Made by a program: the position numbers and the translations under genes
Notes under the pieces: generated by a model
The model's input: only the letters and a program-made list of their open reading frames with translations
Told to the model about the DNA's origin: nothing
Databases searched by the model: none
Source: a virus
Taxonomy: Duplodnaviria; Caudoviricetes
Direction: 5' to 3' (one strand)
IMG/VR virus record: IMGVR_UViG_3300023116_000057
Span: 1-56,841 of that record
Length of the DNA stretch: 56,841 bases
In this document: piece after piece, positions 1-9,809 of the stretch
How the letters are laid out: each line of letters begins with the position of its first letter
Position numbering within the stretch: the first letter of the stretch is position 1

Positions 1-26
1 TGAAAAAGAAGTCTTTAGCAAAACAT

Positions 27-806
27 ATGAAAAAAAAAAAGATGAAACTCGAAACTAAAACTCTAAGAGAATCAAACAATGAAAGTCCGATAGACAGAGC
101 GATTAGAAAAGTCACATCTAACACTTTCATGCTTGACAAGTCGGCTCTTTCCTCCGCAATTTCACATGCAACCGAACAAACATCCAGTGCAATCAAAAAT
201 CAAGGCATAAAGACATTTAGAACAATGTCCGGCGACAAAGATCCCAACAAGATTGCAGACAACTCCATGAACAATTTTATTCGTATTGCTAAAGAACATT
301 ACAAGAATGCAGTTGATGGAGGATTAGAAAGAGAAGAAGAAAAAGTCTTGAGTGATATTTTGAACATTATTGCAGGGCAAGTAAGTTATTCTTTAAAGGA
401 GAGTAAAACAATGAAAAAGGTTAATTTTACAGAATACGATAGAAAAGAAGTTTTAAAACATTTAGAAAGTTTTCGAGATTATCTTTTCGCAAATGAAGAT
501 TCTCAGGCAATGGAATGTATGGATATTATCGCTCAAACATTTGCAGACTCAAAATACAACGAATTGTATGAAAAAACTTGGCATGAAGTTGAAGATTTTT
601 TCATAATTGGCGACCTTGAAGGTATGAATGAAGCAGTAATGGACTATTGGGATGAAACTGTAGAGGATGCAGAACTTGACCTTAATCAAGGAAATTCTAT
701 ACGTCCAGAAGCATACGAAGATGAATTAGAAGCATACGAAGATGAATTCTTAAACGAAAATTTATTTAAATCCGTCAAGAAAGCAATAATCAAAAGTTTG
801 AATTAA
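27..806 (+). CDS. hypothetical protein, possible internal head/virion protein
   Basis: 259-aa ORF with acidic C-terminus; C-terminal peptide shared with the N-terminus of the next gene; in-frame internal RBS+ATG at 411. Confidence 0.6.
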   Translation: MKKKKMKLETKTLRESNNESPIDRAIRKVTSNTFMLDKSALSSAISHATEQTSSAIKNQGIKTFRTMSGDKDPNKIADNSMNNFIRIAKEHYKNAVDGGLEREEEKVLSDILNIIAGQVSYSLKESKTMKKVNFTEYDRKEVLKHLESFRDYLFANEDSQAMECMDIIAQTFADSKYNELYEKTWHEVEDFFIIGDLEGMNEAVMDYWDETVEDAELDLNQGNSIRPEAYEDELEAYEDEFLNENLFKSVKKAIIKSLN

Positions 807-839
807 CACAAGTAGATTTATTAATATGAAAATAAAACA

Positions 840-1184
840 ATGAAAAAATCAAACGATTTATTTGAATCCGTCAAGAAAGCAATATTAAAAGAAATAAGTG
901 GTAGAAATGAAAATTTTAAAGTGGGCAAAGGTTTAGAGGATGCTGACTTTTGGATTTATGCCACAGGGAGCGAGAAAAATTTAGGAAAGCCATTGAAAGA
1001 ATATGGAAAAAATAGAATTGGCGTTAAAGTTTTAAATACTGAGAGGATATTGCCTGCCTTCATGTATGGTTGGTTTCAAAATTTATACCAACAAGGTTTT
1101 TGGTCACAATACAGCAAAGGCTCAGTCATACAATTCATCACGGTCAATGATGTACGAGAATTGCTAAATGTATGGTTGGTTTGA
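840..1184 (+). CDS. hypothetical protein, weakly resembling a type I RM specificity (HsdS TRD)-like domain
   Basis: 114-aa ORF; pattern ADFWI..GS...GKP...IGVKV..ILP.FMY..GSV..ITV.DV recalls small HsdS-like phage proteins (from memory). Confidence 0.45.
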   Translation: MKKSNDLFESVKKAILKEISGRNENFKVGKGLEDADFWIYATGSEKNLGKPLKEYGKNRIGVKVLNTERILPAFMYGWFQNLYQQGFWSQYSKGSVIQFITVNDVRELLNVWLV

Positions 1185-1263
1185 TAATTTATAACAACAT
1201 CATCTTAGAAGAATATTGAAAATCTGCGTATTGTACGTTTACAAGTGAATAATTATTTATACG

Positions 1264-1289
1264 AGGCTGACATTGTTCAGCCTTTTTTT
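1264..1289 (+). terminator. Rho-independent terminator
   Basis: AGGCTGA-cattgt-TCAGCCT followed by a T run. Confidence 0.8.
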
Positions 1290-1308
1290 ATAAGAGAAAT
1301 TATAACAA

Positions 1309-3618
1309 ATGCCGTCACCAAATCAAATTTTAGAAGATTACAAGAAAAAAATACAAGAAATTAAAGACGAAATTAGCAAAATCACTTTTCCTCCAGAATG
1401 GACTGAAAGTATAGAAAAAAGCATACGGTCTCTAGAAATACAAAGCAGACACATTAGCGACATAATTGAAAAAGTCAACAATCGACAAGCAATCGAAAAA
1501 AAACGATTAGAACAATACGTTGAAATAGAAAACAATATGCAGAAAGAAATCAGAAATTATGACAAATTAAGCGAAAAATTAACAGAACTTAGAGATAAAA
1601 GAGCATCTTATTTGAGTATTTCATGGCCAGGAGACCCAAGAGTTGTCGAATTAAACTTGCAAATAGATTTAACAGAGAAACTAATAAAAAAAGACAAAGC
1701 CAGAATAGATGAATTTAAAAAACACATTAACGATGTCACAAGATTAAGAGAAGAGTTAGAATACACAACCGATTTGAAATCAAAAATTAACGAACTCGAA
1801 AAGAAAAACATTGAATATGGTCGAAAAAACATGGAACAGTGGTTTGGTTTGCGCCAATCTGCCTTCGACTTTCTAAATCATGCTAAAGATATTTCAGAAG
1901 TATTTGGCACTATTACTTTTAGTTTAACGAACATAGCAAGAGGTATGGCCGACATGGTAAAGCCAGGACAAATCATGGCTTTGATTTACGACCAAACCAA
2001 AAAACTTGTCATAGAACTTGAGAATCAAGCAGCAATCACCGCTGCTTTGACCGCAAGAGGAAGAATTTACACAAATGAAGTGTACAATGCTTCCATTGCA
2101 AATCGAGAATTCGCCATATCACTTACAGACACAAACAAGGCATTTGGCGATTTATACTCCAATATGCTTGGTTTCACCGAACTTACGCCAAAAGCAAGAC
2201 AAGAATTGACAAAAATCTCATCTCAGATGTCTTTATTGGGCGTTTCTTCTTCAACGAGTAGTCAGATACTAAACGACCTCACAAAAGGTCTTAGGATGTC
2301 TGCCAGTGCGTCTAGCGACACTCTGTTGGAGATAGCAAACCTCTCAGGGAAAATTGGAATACCAACTTCAAAATTAGCAGAAGAATTCAAATCCACTTTT
2401 TCACAGTTGTCCGTTTATGGAAAAAAGGGGATGGAAGTTTTCAAGGGTCTTGCTGCTGCTGCAAAAATAACAGGGATTTCTATTTCTAGATTAAATAGCT
2501 TATTTGGTGAATCGATGAACACATTCGAAACTTCTGCTGGTGTTGCTGGGAAATTAAATTCAATTCTTGGTCGAGACTTGTTGAATTCTGTAGATTTGTT
2601 GTATGCGTCAGAAGATGAAAGATTAAGGATGATAAAAGAATCTTTAGATGTTAGCGGAAGACAGTTCAAAAATATGAACAAATTTGAGCAAATGGCTATA
2701 GCAAATGCAGCAGGGATAACAGATATGGCAGAAGCCAATAAGATATTCAACATGTCTTTGAGTGCTTATGACGAAGCGAAAGAAAAAGCAAAACAAGCGG
2801 AAGCAAGTCAAAAGGCTTTTCGAAAGGCAATTGAGCCAACAGTAACATTCATGAATAAGTTGAAAGGTATGATGCAAAATTTTGCAATTGCTGTAACTCC
2901 GGTTACATATGTGTTGGGAGAAATAGTTGGATTTTTTTCGCAAGCATGGGCATATATCAATAAAACATCGGATGCAGTTGGTGGGTTTTTAGGTGGACTA
3001 TTGAGATTAACTCCTGTTCTTGCTTTATTTTTGGTGCCACTAGGATTAATGTTGGGAAAAGTAGTTTTAATTGTCGGTGCCATTAGTGGATTAATTGCTG
3101 CCATAGCATCTCTTTGGGGTTGGTTTCACAAATCTGGTTCACCACAATTTTGGGAAATGCCAAAACACATGGCAATGAACATGGAAGATTATGGCGATTC
3201 AATCAAAACAACTGTGCCCCACGTCAATCGCCTCGCAACACAATCTGAAGTCCTTCACAAAGTTCAAACAAAAAAAGGCAGTCCAGCATTGTGGGAAATG
3301 CCAACTGTCATGTCTGATGGGTTAAAATCCTATCGACAAGAATTAATAAAAACAGAACCAGAAATTAGAAAAACCAATATAAGTTCAAATATTCAAAAAA
3401 TGTCTGAAACAAACAACAGCCTGTATCAAAATAAAGTTTCAACGAAAAATGAAACAACAAACAATTTGATGAATAAAATCAGTGCCTTAGAGAAAAAAGT
3501 CAACACAAAAAGACAAACAAGTCCGATTAAAATCGATGTTAATTTTATGGATATAGAAGCAACAAAAAGAAACTTTCAGAATGCAGTTGAACGAGCAATA
3601 GAGGAAAAGTACGGATAA
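1309..3618 (+). CDS. tape-measure-like tail protein
   Basis: 769 aa; coiled-coil N-terminus, Ala/Ser-rich helical core, hydrophobic segment near aa 560-605; directly upstream of baseplate-like genes. Confidence 0.65.
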   Translation: MPSPNQILEDYKKKIQEIKDEISKITFPPEWTESIEKSIRSLEIQSRHISDIIEKVNNRQAIEKKRLEQYVEIENNMQKEIRNYDKLSEKLTELRDKRASYLSISWPGDPRVVELNLQIDLTEKLIKKDKARIDEFKKHINDVTRLREELEYTTDLKSKINELEKKNIEYGRKNMEQWFGLRQSAFDFLNHAKDISEVFGTITFSLTNIARGMADMVKPGQIMALIYDQTKKLVIELENQAAITAALTARGRIYTNEVYNASIANREFAISLTDTNKAFGDLYSNMLGFTELTPKARQELTKISSQMSLLGVSSSTSSQILNDLTKGLRMSASASSDTLLEIANLSGKIGIPTSKLAEEFKSTFSQLSVYGKKGMEVFKGLAAAAKITGISISRLNSLFGESMNTFETSAGVAGKLNSILGRDLLNSVDLLYASEDERLRMIKESLDVSGRQFKNMNKFEQMAIANAAGITDMAEANKIFNMSLSAYDEAKEKAKQAEASQKAFRKAIEPTVTFMNKLKGMMQNFAIAVTPVTYVLGEIVGFFSQAWAYINKTSDAVGGFLGGLLRLTPVLALFLVPLGLMLGKVVLIVGAISGLIAAIASLWGWFHKSGSPQFWEMPKHMAMNMEDYGDSIKTTVPHVNRLATQSEVLHKVQTKKGSPALWEMPTVMSDGLKSYRQELIKTEPEIRKTNISSNIQKMSETNNSLYQNKVSTKNETTNNLMNKISALEKKVNTKRQTSPIKIDVNFMDIEATKRNFQNAVERAIEEKYG

Positions 3619-4523
3619 TGGCTAAATATAAAAAGTTAGATTTAAACAAAGAGGTCAATTCTATCTTAGACAGACCAGAGATTGCAAATTTAATCGAAGA
3701 AACCCTAACAATACAATCAGAAAGAGACCAACTTTTGTTGAGCCATCGAGAATCACTAGCCTCAACAGATAGTTTAGTTGAAGACATATCAAATAAAAAA
3801 AGATGGATGATTGAGTTTGAACATCTTGCAACTAGAAAGCGTGTTAATTTTCATGGCTTTGTTACTCAATGGGGTGATTCTTTTCAGTCTGACTGGAATG
3901 ATGAAGATGTTTTCGGAAGAATGGACCCTATTTCAATTTTTAAAAGCACAAAAAGAACGATGACTTTGGCTTGGTCCATTCCAGCATACTCGGAAGAAGA
4001 AGCAGTATTGAACACAAGGAGAGTCAACCATTTTGTTCAAATGTTGTATCCGAAATATCAACCCATAGATGTAGGGAATGTATCTATGCATGTAGGTAAA
4101 AATGGGAAGACAAGAAAAGCCCCCAAAAGAAAAGTAAAACAAATTACAAATAAGCGCAAACAAGCGATAACCAGAAACGCAGGCAAGTCTAACTATATTG
4201 TTTCGCCCCCTTTGCTTCGCGTTAGATTTGCGAACTTGATTCACAATTCTGAAACTGGACAAAAATCTGGGGTACATAAAGGTGGTTTGGTTGTCAAAGT
4301 TAACGGAAACTTGGGTGTCGAAGCGGATTTGGAAAATGGATTATTTGGAACAGACCCAGGCATGTTGTATCCAAAAATATGGAAGTTGAATTGTAGTTTT
4401 ACAGTTTTTCACACACATCCACTTGGTTTTCACAACAATGTGACATTTGGAAGTAAAAAAACGGTGAATAATAACTTCCCTTATCCTGTATTGTCTGTTA
4501 AAGACCCTGGAGAAGAAGGCTAA
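3618..4523 (+). CDS. tail tube initiator / baseplate-associated protein (putative)
   Basis: W..EDVFGRMDPI..FKSTKRTMTLAW and PPLLRVRF motifs typical of contractile-tail tube-initiator-like proteins; follows tape measure with TAATG coupling. Confidence 0.55.
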   Translation: MAKYKKLDLNKEVNSILDRPEIANLIEETLTIQSERDQLLLSHRESLASTDSLVEDISNKKRWMIEFEHLATRKRVNFHGFVTQWGDSFQSDWNDEDVFGRMDPISIFKSTKRTMTLAWSIPAYSEEEAVLNTRRVNHFVQMLYPKYQPIDVGNVSMHVGKNGKTRKAPKRKVKQITNKRKQAITRNAGKSNYIVSPPLLRVRFANLIHNSETGQKSGVHKGGLVVKVNGNLGVEADLENGLFGTDPGMLYPKIWKLNCSFTVFHTHPLGFHNNVTFGSKKTVNNNFPYPVLSVKDPGEEG

Positions 4524-4528
4524 AGGCT

Positions 4529-4861
4529 ATGAGATATGCAAACAGAACAAAAAAAATTATAGACAGAAAAAGACACAAGCATTTGTTAAAAAAGAGAAAT
4601 TTAGATTTTGCGGAGATATATGAGTCTGCAAAGTTTAAATTTTTAACAGATGATGAAAAGTCTCTAATATCTTCGGATGTAATGATTTGGCAATTTGGTG
4701 ATAAAATGCACAAGGTTGCTTTAGAATATTATGGCAATATGGATGATTGGTGGGTAATTGCATTGTTTAACAATACTCCTACAGAACATCATATAAAGGC
4801 AGGAGATGAAATTTACATACCTTATCCTTTGCACCTTGTTAAAGAATTATATGGAGTTTAA
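4529..4861 (+). CDS. LysM-like / baseplate wedge (gp53/tail X-like) protein
   Basis: GDKMHKVALEYYGNMDDWWVIALFNN...IKAGDEIYIP LysM-like motif. Confidence 0.75.
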   Translation: MRYANRTKKIIDRKRHKHLLKKRNLDFAEIYESAKFKFLTDDEKSLISSDVMIWQFGDKMHKVALEYYGNMDDWWVIALFNNTPTEHHIKAGDEIYIPYPLHLVKELYGV

Positions 4862-4863
4862 CA

Positions 4864-7374
4864 ATGGCTAAGAAACCGCAAAAGTTTTTTACAGAAAAAG
4901 CAGAGATGTCTAAACAAGAAAGACTTCTTGCTCAATGCTTTCTTATCAAGAAAGTTGATAAATTAATAGAATCAAAAAGACAAGAAGGAAAAGAAGGTTG
5001 TTATAAAAATTTTCTTACTGTGCTAGATGATTCCAGTGCGTTTTTAGGAAGAGTTAGAAGAGATAGCAAGCATGAATTGCTCTTAGAAAGCATAACGCCA
5101 GCACAATTGTCTGCTCTGGTCCCAGAGATAAGAATTTTTAAAGTTGTATATGACAGTATAAATTCAAAAAGTTATACACAATATGAATTCAATTTTGATA
5201 ACGCCATGAACAAGTATGATGTTGAAGCGATTACTCAATCCAACAAAAACAGAAGCACAGGAGTTGGGATTAAAAACGTAAATTGGGAATTTATAGGTTC
5301 AAATCCTGCCGAATCAAAAAGGCTAATAAAAGTAAACATGAAAATATTTTTTGCTAGTATGCAAGACATGTTGAAAGAAAGCCAAAGTGGAATTACTTTT
5401 TTAGACCTAATAAAGCCACGTTCCAAAAGTTCACCAATAAATGATTTAAGCCCTGTAGACCATCAAGTGAAAATGGAGGTCGGATGGGCAACTCCAGAAA
5501 AAAATCATCCTCTTTTTAAAGGGCAAGAAGAATTAGTTGATGCAATATCTAGGTCTCGATATTCTATGTTTTTGTCTATTGTAAAGCATGATTTGAACTT
5601 CGAACAGGATGGTCGCGTAACCTTAGATGTTCAGTATTGGGGAAGATTAGAAAGTAGAATGGGTGGTGTTGGAGATTCTAAATTTGACATTCTAGATGTC
5701 ACCTGTGATAAAAAAGACAAACTTAAACAAGAACTTAAAAATAGAAGTAACGCGCTAAATGTATCAAAAAAAGAGTTAAAAGCTAGAATTAAACTTTTGA
5801 ACTGTATAAATAAAAAAGGCAAAAGAGATGTTTTTTTTAAGAGCGGTATGGAACTAGAAAAAAGAGAAATAAAGAAAAGAAGAAGAGAAAATATTGAAGA
5901 AGAAAAAAACATTATATCCGAAAGAAAAAAAAGATATGAAAACATAATGTTATGTTTATTAAAAAATAAAAAAATACATTATATCGGAGTTGACCAACAA
6001 TCGATTGGAATTTACGATGGAAAAGTAAAAACAAGTTTAGAAAACATTGATTCTATAAAAATTGGATGCAAAAACACAAAAGGTCTTGAAAGAAAAGCAC
6101 AAGAAACAATAACAAATTATATTAACATATCTTCTTTGGTTTCTAACAACAAAAATAAACTATCAGCAAAAAATCTATTAGATTCTCGACTTCCAGTTTA
6201 CGACAGCAAGTGCGTAATAATACATTATTTTTTCTTTGGAGATTTAATGGATGTAATACTTGACTATTTTTACAAAAATGAAGGCGAATATTTTACTCGT
6301 TTTTTGTTGGGTTCTGTGACAAATCCTAATGATAACTCTAAAAAAATACCATTAGCAGACATACCCATTTCAGTACAAAGATTTAGCGTCTGGTTCGCAA
6401 ATGCTGTAATTAGAAAATCAAAAGGCATATACCCTTTTAATGATTTTATTAGAGATATTATAGGTGGTTTAATTTCTCCTATAATGAACGAAGATTGTCT
6501 AGAAAATGTTCTTGAAAATCCAAAATCTAAGCAAATAAATTCTCGAATAAAGCCTAGAATTAGTTTGTTTAACTTACCTGGGGGTGGTATAAGTGGAAAA
6601 AGTGACCTTCTTATTGATGGAGGAAATAGCGCACCAAAAACTTACAAAGAGAGACAAAGAGGTACTGGAATTTCATTACATGATTTTTTATCTCCATCGT
6701 GTGTAAATTATATAAAATCAAAAGATGTAGTCACTCTAAGAAAAAAATACAAGAACTCAGGAAAAAACCCTTTATTTTCTTATTATTATATACATGTTAC
6801 AGAAGAATTACCGTACCGAAAGTCAAATTATCGAAAAGATATTGAAGACGGAATATATCACTTTTTTATTGGCACAGACAAAGGGTTGTTAAAAAATGTT
6901 TCATTTACTCAACAAAATCAACCTTATTACAAAGAAGCTATAATGAAAGGCACAGATCTAAAGTGGTTAAAAAGATTATACAATGCAAATATTGAAATGT
7001 TTGGTAACGCCACCTTTATTCCAGGGCAGAAAATATATATTAATCCGACATCAGTTGGACTTGGAGACCCAAAGCAACAAACTTCAATTGCTGGGGATAT
7101 GGGATTAGGAGGTTATTATATTGTTGTAAAAGTGACAGGAGAAATCGAATCAGGAAAATTCAACACTACTATCGAATGCGTGTGGGAATCCAAAGGTGAT
7201 GGCACTGGAATAAAATCAAAGTTTGACAATATTGATAAATGTTTTCAATCTTACAAAAAATCTGTCGGTGGGAAAAACAAAGGAAGATATTTTTACACCG
7301 ACAGTTCGACTGAATGGATAAAATCAATTAGAAGAAAAGGCTACCTTAGTTTTGTCCCCAAAAGGCTACCTTAG
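4864..7374 (+). CDS. baseplate hub-like tail protein (putative)
   Basis: 836 aa; C-terminal YNANIEMFGNATFIPGQKIYI...GGYYIVVKV...FNTTIEC resembles the end of gp27/GPD-type hub proteins; synteny. Confidence 0.55.
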   Translation: MAKKPQKFFTEKAEMSKQERLLAQCFLIKKVDKLIESKRQEGKEGCYKNFLTVLDDSSAFLGRVRRDSKHELLLESITPAQLSALVPEIRIFKVVYDSINSKSYTQYEFNFDNAMNKYDVEAITQSNKNRSTGVGIKNVNWEFIGSNPAESKRLIKVNMKIFFASMQDMLKESQSGITFLDLIKPRSKSSPINDLSPVDHQVKMEVGWATPEKNHPLFKGQEELVDAISRSRYSMFLSIVKHDLNFEQDGRVTLDVQYWGRLESRMGGVGDSKFDILDVTCDKKDKLKQELKNRSNALNVSKKELKARIKLLNCINKKGKRDVFFKSGMELEKREIKKRRRENIEEEKNIISERKKRYENIMLCLLKNKKIHYIGVDQQSIGIYDGKVKTSLENIDSIKIGCKNTKGLERKAQETITNYINISSLVSNNKNKLSAKNLLDSRLPVYDSKCVIIHYFFFGDLMDVILDYFYKNEGEYFTRFLLGSVTNPNDNSKKIPLADIPISVQRFSVWFANAVIRKSKGIYPFNDFIRDIIGGLISPIMNEDCLENVLENPKSKQINSRIKPRISLFNLPGGGISGKSDLLIDGGNSAPKTYKERQRGTGISLHDFLSPSCVNYIKSKDVVTLRKKYKNSGKNPLFSYYYIHVTEELPYRKSNYRKDIEDGIYHFFIGTDKGLLKNVSFTQQNQPYYKEAIMKGTDLKWLKRLYNANIEMFGNATFIPGQKIYINPTSVGLGDPKQQTSIAGDMGLGGYYIVVKVTGEIESGKFNTTIECVWESKGDGTGIKSKFDNIDKCFQSYKKSVGGKNKGRYFYTDSSTEWIKSIRRKGYLSFVPKRLP

Positions 7375-7429
7375 TTTTTTTGTCCCCCGAAAAATCGACT
7401 GAATGGATAAAATCAATTAGAAGAAAAGG
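7306..7429 (+). repeat. nested direct repeats (A-B-B'-A)
   Basis: 35-bp TCGACTGAATGGATAAAATCAATTAGAAGAAAAGG at 7306-7340 and 7395-7429, enclosing tandem AAAAGGCTACCTTAGTTTT(TTT)GTCCCC at 7335-7359 and 7360-7388. Confidence 0.9.
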
Positions 7430-7438
7430 TTTCAAGCG

Positions 7439-8395
7439 ATGAAAAGATATGAAGAATCTTTGTTAGAATTAGAAGACGACAACAGCCTGTCTTTTCTTTT
7501 TAAACTAAACAAAGAAAAAAATCATTTATTCGAGCAAACAAAATTGGATAGCCAACTTGTAACAATAGAAAACCCCATTCTATTTGGAAAAGTGAATTTG
7601 CAAAACAATCCAATTTTGCCTAAAAAAGAACTTCTTGTTCCTCAAAGCGACATGATGGTTTTTTCTTTCGTATCAGAACTTATAGAAAAATTTAGAAACG
7701 ACATGAGTTTTGCTAGAATGAGAGGTGTTGTGTCTGACATGAATCCATCTCTATTTTTAATTGAAGTCAAAAAAGAATTTGTCGATGTCGAGCAAGAATA
7801 TGATAATCACATATCATCAATACTGCAAGCATTTAAAAAACGCTCTCGACATCAACACGTTGTATACAAAGGGTTTAACAAAACTAAGCAAGACGTAAAA
7901 AATAAATATTCTTTTTTAAAATTTGTTGAAGAGGAATTTTTTGTTGGCAATGTTTTAAATGATATGCCATTAACTGATTATTCTTATCACAAAAGCAATA
8001 TAAATTCAAATCTTTTTTCTGGAATTGTGTTTGAGATTGATGATGCTGAGTATGATGATGAACAATATAAGTTCGAAATGTATTATGACAATAGTGATTT
8101 TCAATATTTTATAAATTCTGCCAACAAATTTGGCTTTCGAATCGACAAAAATATCCCTTGGAGACTGTATGTTGACTTGAAATCTTCAATTGTTTCAGAA
8201 ACATTTCAAAAAAAATACCGACAGCCTATTGACAAAATCTTTTGTTCTCTGTATAATACTATTATAATAGATATAAATAATAATTTACTAAATGATTTAT
8301 ATAAATTAGCTAATAATTGTAATATTAATATATATTCTAATAAAGAAATACAAAAGTTTAATCATAGACTATACAATAAAGAAAATAATACTTGA
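7439..8395 (+). CDS. hypothetical protein (likely virion-associated)
   Basis: 318-aa ORF; FGFRIDKNIPWRLYVDL motif; end of structural block. Confidence 0.7.
   Translation: MKRYEESLLELEDDNSLSFLFKLNKEKNHLFEQTKLDSQLVTIENPILFGKVNLQNNPILPKKELLVPQSDMMVFSFVSELIEKFRNDMSFARMRGVVSDMNPSLFLIEVKKEFVDVEQEYDNHISSILQAFKKRSRHQHVVYKGFNKTKQDVKNKYSFLKFVEEEFFVGNVLNDMPLTDYSYHKSNINSNLFSGIVFEIDDAEYDDEQYKFEMYYDNSDFQYFINSANKFGFRIDKNIPWRLYVDLKSSIVSETFQKKYRQPIDKIFCSLYNTIIIDINNNLLNDLYKLANNCNINIYSNKEIQKFNHRLYNKENNT
8229..8257 (+). promoter_or_regulatory. perfect sigma70-type promoter inside a CDS
   Basis: TTGACA(8229)-17bp-TATAAT(8252). Confidence 0.7.
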
Positions 8396-8420
8396 CAAAA
8401 GAATATACAATGTGTATACT
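8392..8420 (+). promoter_or_regulatory. sigma70-type promoter
   Basis: TTGACA-17bp-TATACT with extended TG; AAGGAG RBS downstream. Confidence 0.8.
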
Positions 8421-8452
8421 CTTTCTATATTAGAACAATAAAAGGAGTATAA

Positions 8453-9604
8453 ATGTATATACAAGTATTAGATTATCATGACAATCAATATATATTTTAT
8501 TACGACAATAAGATAAATATTGATACAAATCTTCCATCAGACGCTACTTGTACTTGGAATTATAATACTTTTTTGAAAGATTGCAATCTAAAATTTGCAA
8601 ATATATATGTTCAAGGTGCTGATTCTAAGGATTATTGTCCTGAAAGTTTGGCACATCACTATGATTTTTACTGCACAAAAATAGAAACCTATCAAAATAT
8701 TTATGAAAAAAGAAAAAATGCTCCAAATGCAAAAATTATTGATTTAATCAATCCGTCTATTTTGTTGGATTATTGTAAAATAAGAGAGCAAATCTGCAAC
8801 AATGTTTTGTCAAAAGTAGAAGAACCAAAGCATTATGCTATCATGTCCAAGATTATTAAAATAATAGAAACAATAAAGTTCCAAGATATTAACCTGGAGG
8901 ACAACTCCCCAGTGTCAAAATACGACAATCATATTTATTATAATCCTTGGAATGTGGTTACAGGGAGAATGGGATTGTACCCAAAACATTTTCCAATTAC
9001 AAACTTGTCAAAAAAACTAAGAAAACATGTTCTTTGTAAGAATTCATATTTTTATGAATTAGATTACAACTCAGCAGAAATAAGAGTGATATTGTCTTTG
9101 ATGGGTGTTGAAGTTGAAAGCAATAGAGACATTCATGATTATCACAACAAAATAAAATTTAACAACAATGCAACTCGCGACGAAGTAAAGAGGGATTTTT
9201 ATTCTTGGCTTTATGATGAAAAAAAACATTGTGACTTTTATGAGTCCTTGTATAAGAAAAAAAGCATTTTAAATTTGAAAAGCAAACATTATGTAAACGG
9301 AAATATACATACGGATTTTGGTCGAGTCATAAAGTGTGAAGAAAAAAATTGGTTAAATTATCTTGCACAATCAACTGCCTCAGATTTATTCTTTGAGCAA
9401 GTCTATAAAATATGGAAATTTATTTTGGATTCAAATTTAAAAACAGAGATTTCTTTTTTATTGCACGATTGTTTTGTTTTGGACGTCAAAAAAGAAGAAT
9501 CAGAAATAATAAAAGAAAATATTCCAAAAATATTTGCCAACAATCGTTATGGTGAATATATTGTAAATCAAAAAACAGGATTAAATTACGGGGAAATGAA
9601 ATGA
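8453..9604 (+). CDS. minimal, divergent family A DNA polymerase
   Basis: VTGRM, motif A ELDYNSAEIRV, motif B RDEVKRDFYSWLY, TDFGR, NYLAQSTASD, motif C LLHDCFVLD. Confidence 0.8.
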   Translation: MYIQVLDYHDNQYIFYYDNKINIDTNLPSDATCTWNYNTFLKDCNLKFANIYVQGADSKDYCPESLAHHYDFYCTKIETYQNIYEKRKNAPNAKIIDLINPSILLDYCKIREQICNNVLSKVEEPKHYAIMSKIIKIIETIKFQDINLEDNSPVSKYDNHIYYNPWNVVTGRMGLYPKHFPITNLSKKLRKHVLCKNSYFYELDYNSAEIRVILSLMGVEVESNRDIHDYHNKIKFNNNATRDEVKRDFYSWLYDEKKHCDFYESLYKKKSILNLKSKHYVNGNIHTDFGRVIKCEEKNWLNYLAQSTASDLFFEQVYKIWKFILDSNLKTEISFLLHDCFVLDVKKEESEIIKENIPKIFANNRYGEYIVNQKTGLNYGEMK

Positions 9605-9789
9605 GTAAGAACGAGATGAAGGCAAGCGATATTACTATTTGGTTGGGCGTCATTGTAATGCTTTTGATAGCACTGTTTTATACTTTTTTTGGATTCTCTG
9701 CTGATGAAATAATGTTTTCTCAATTTATTATCTTTATAGTCGCAACATTCGTTAGCATCGTACAGATGAAGAAAGAATATAAAATGTAG
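9601..9789 (+). CDS. small membrane protein (2 TM)
   Basis: 62 aa with two hydrophobic segments; overlaps the upstream stop. Confidence 0.6.
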   Translation: MSKNEMKASDITIWLGVIVMLLIALFYTFFGFSADEIMFSQFIIFIVATFVSIVQMKKEYKM

Positions 9790-9809
9790 ATTATCAGCGG
9801 AGAAATAAA

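Noticed and set aside
7306-7429. Mini-CRISPR (two 35-bp repeats)
   Set aside because: Only two copies, non-palindromic, and the 54-bp interval is itself a tandem duplication overlapping the repeat.
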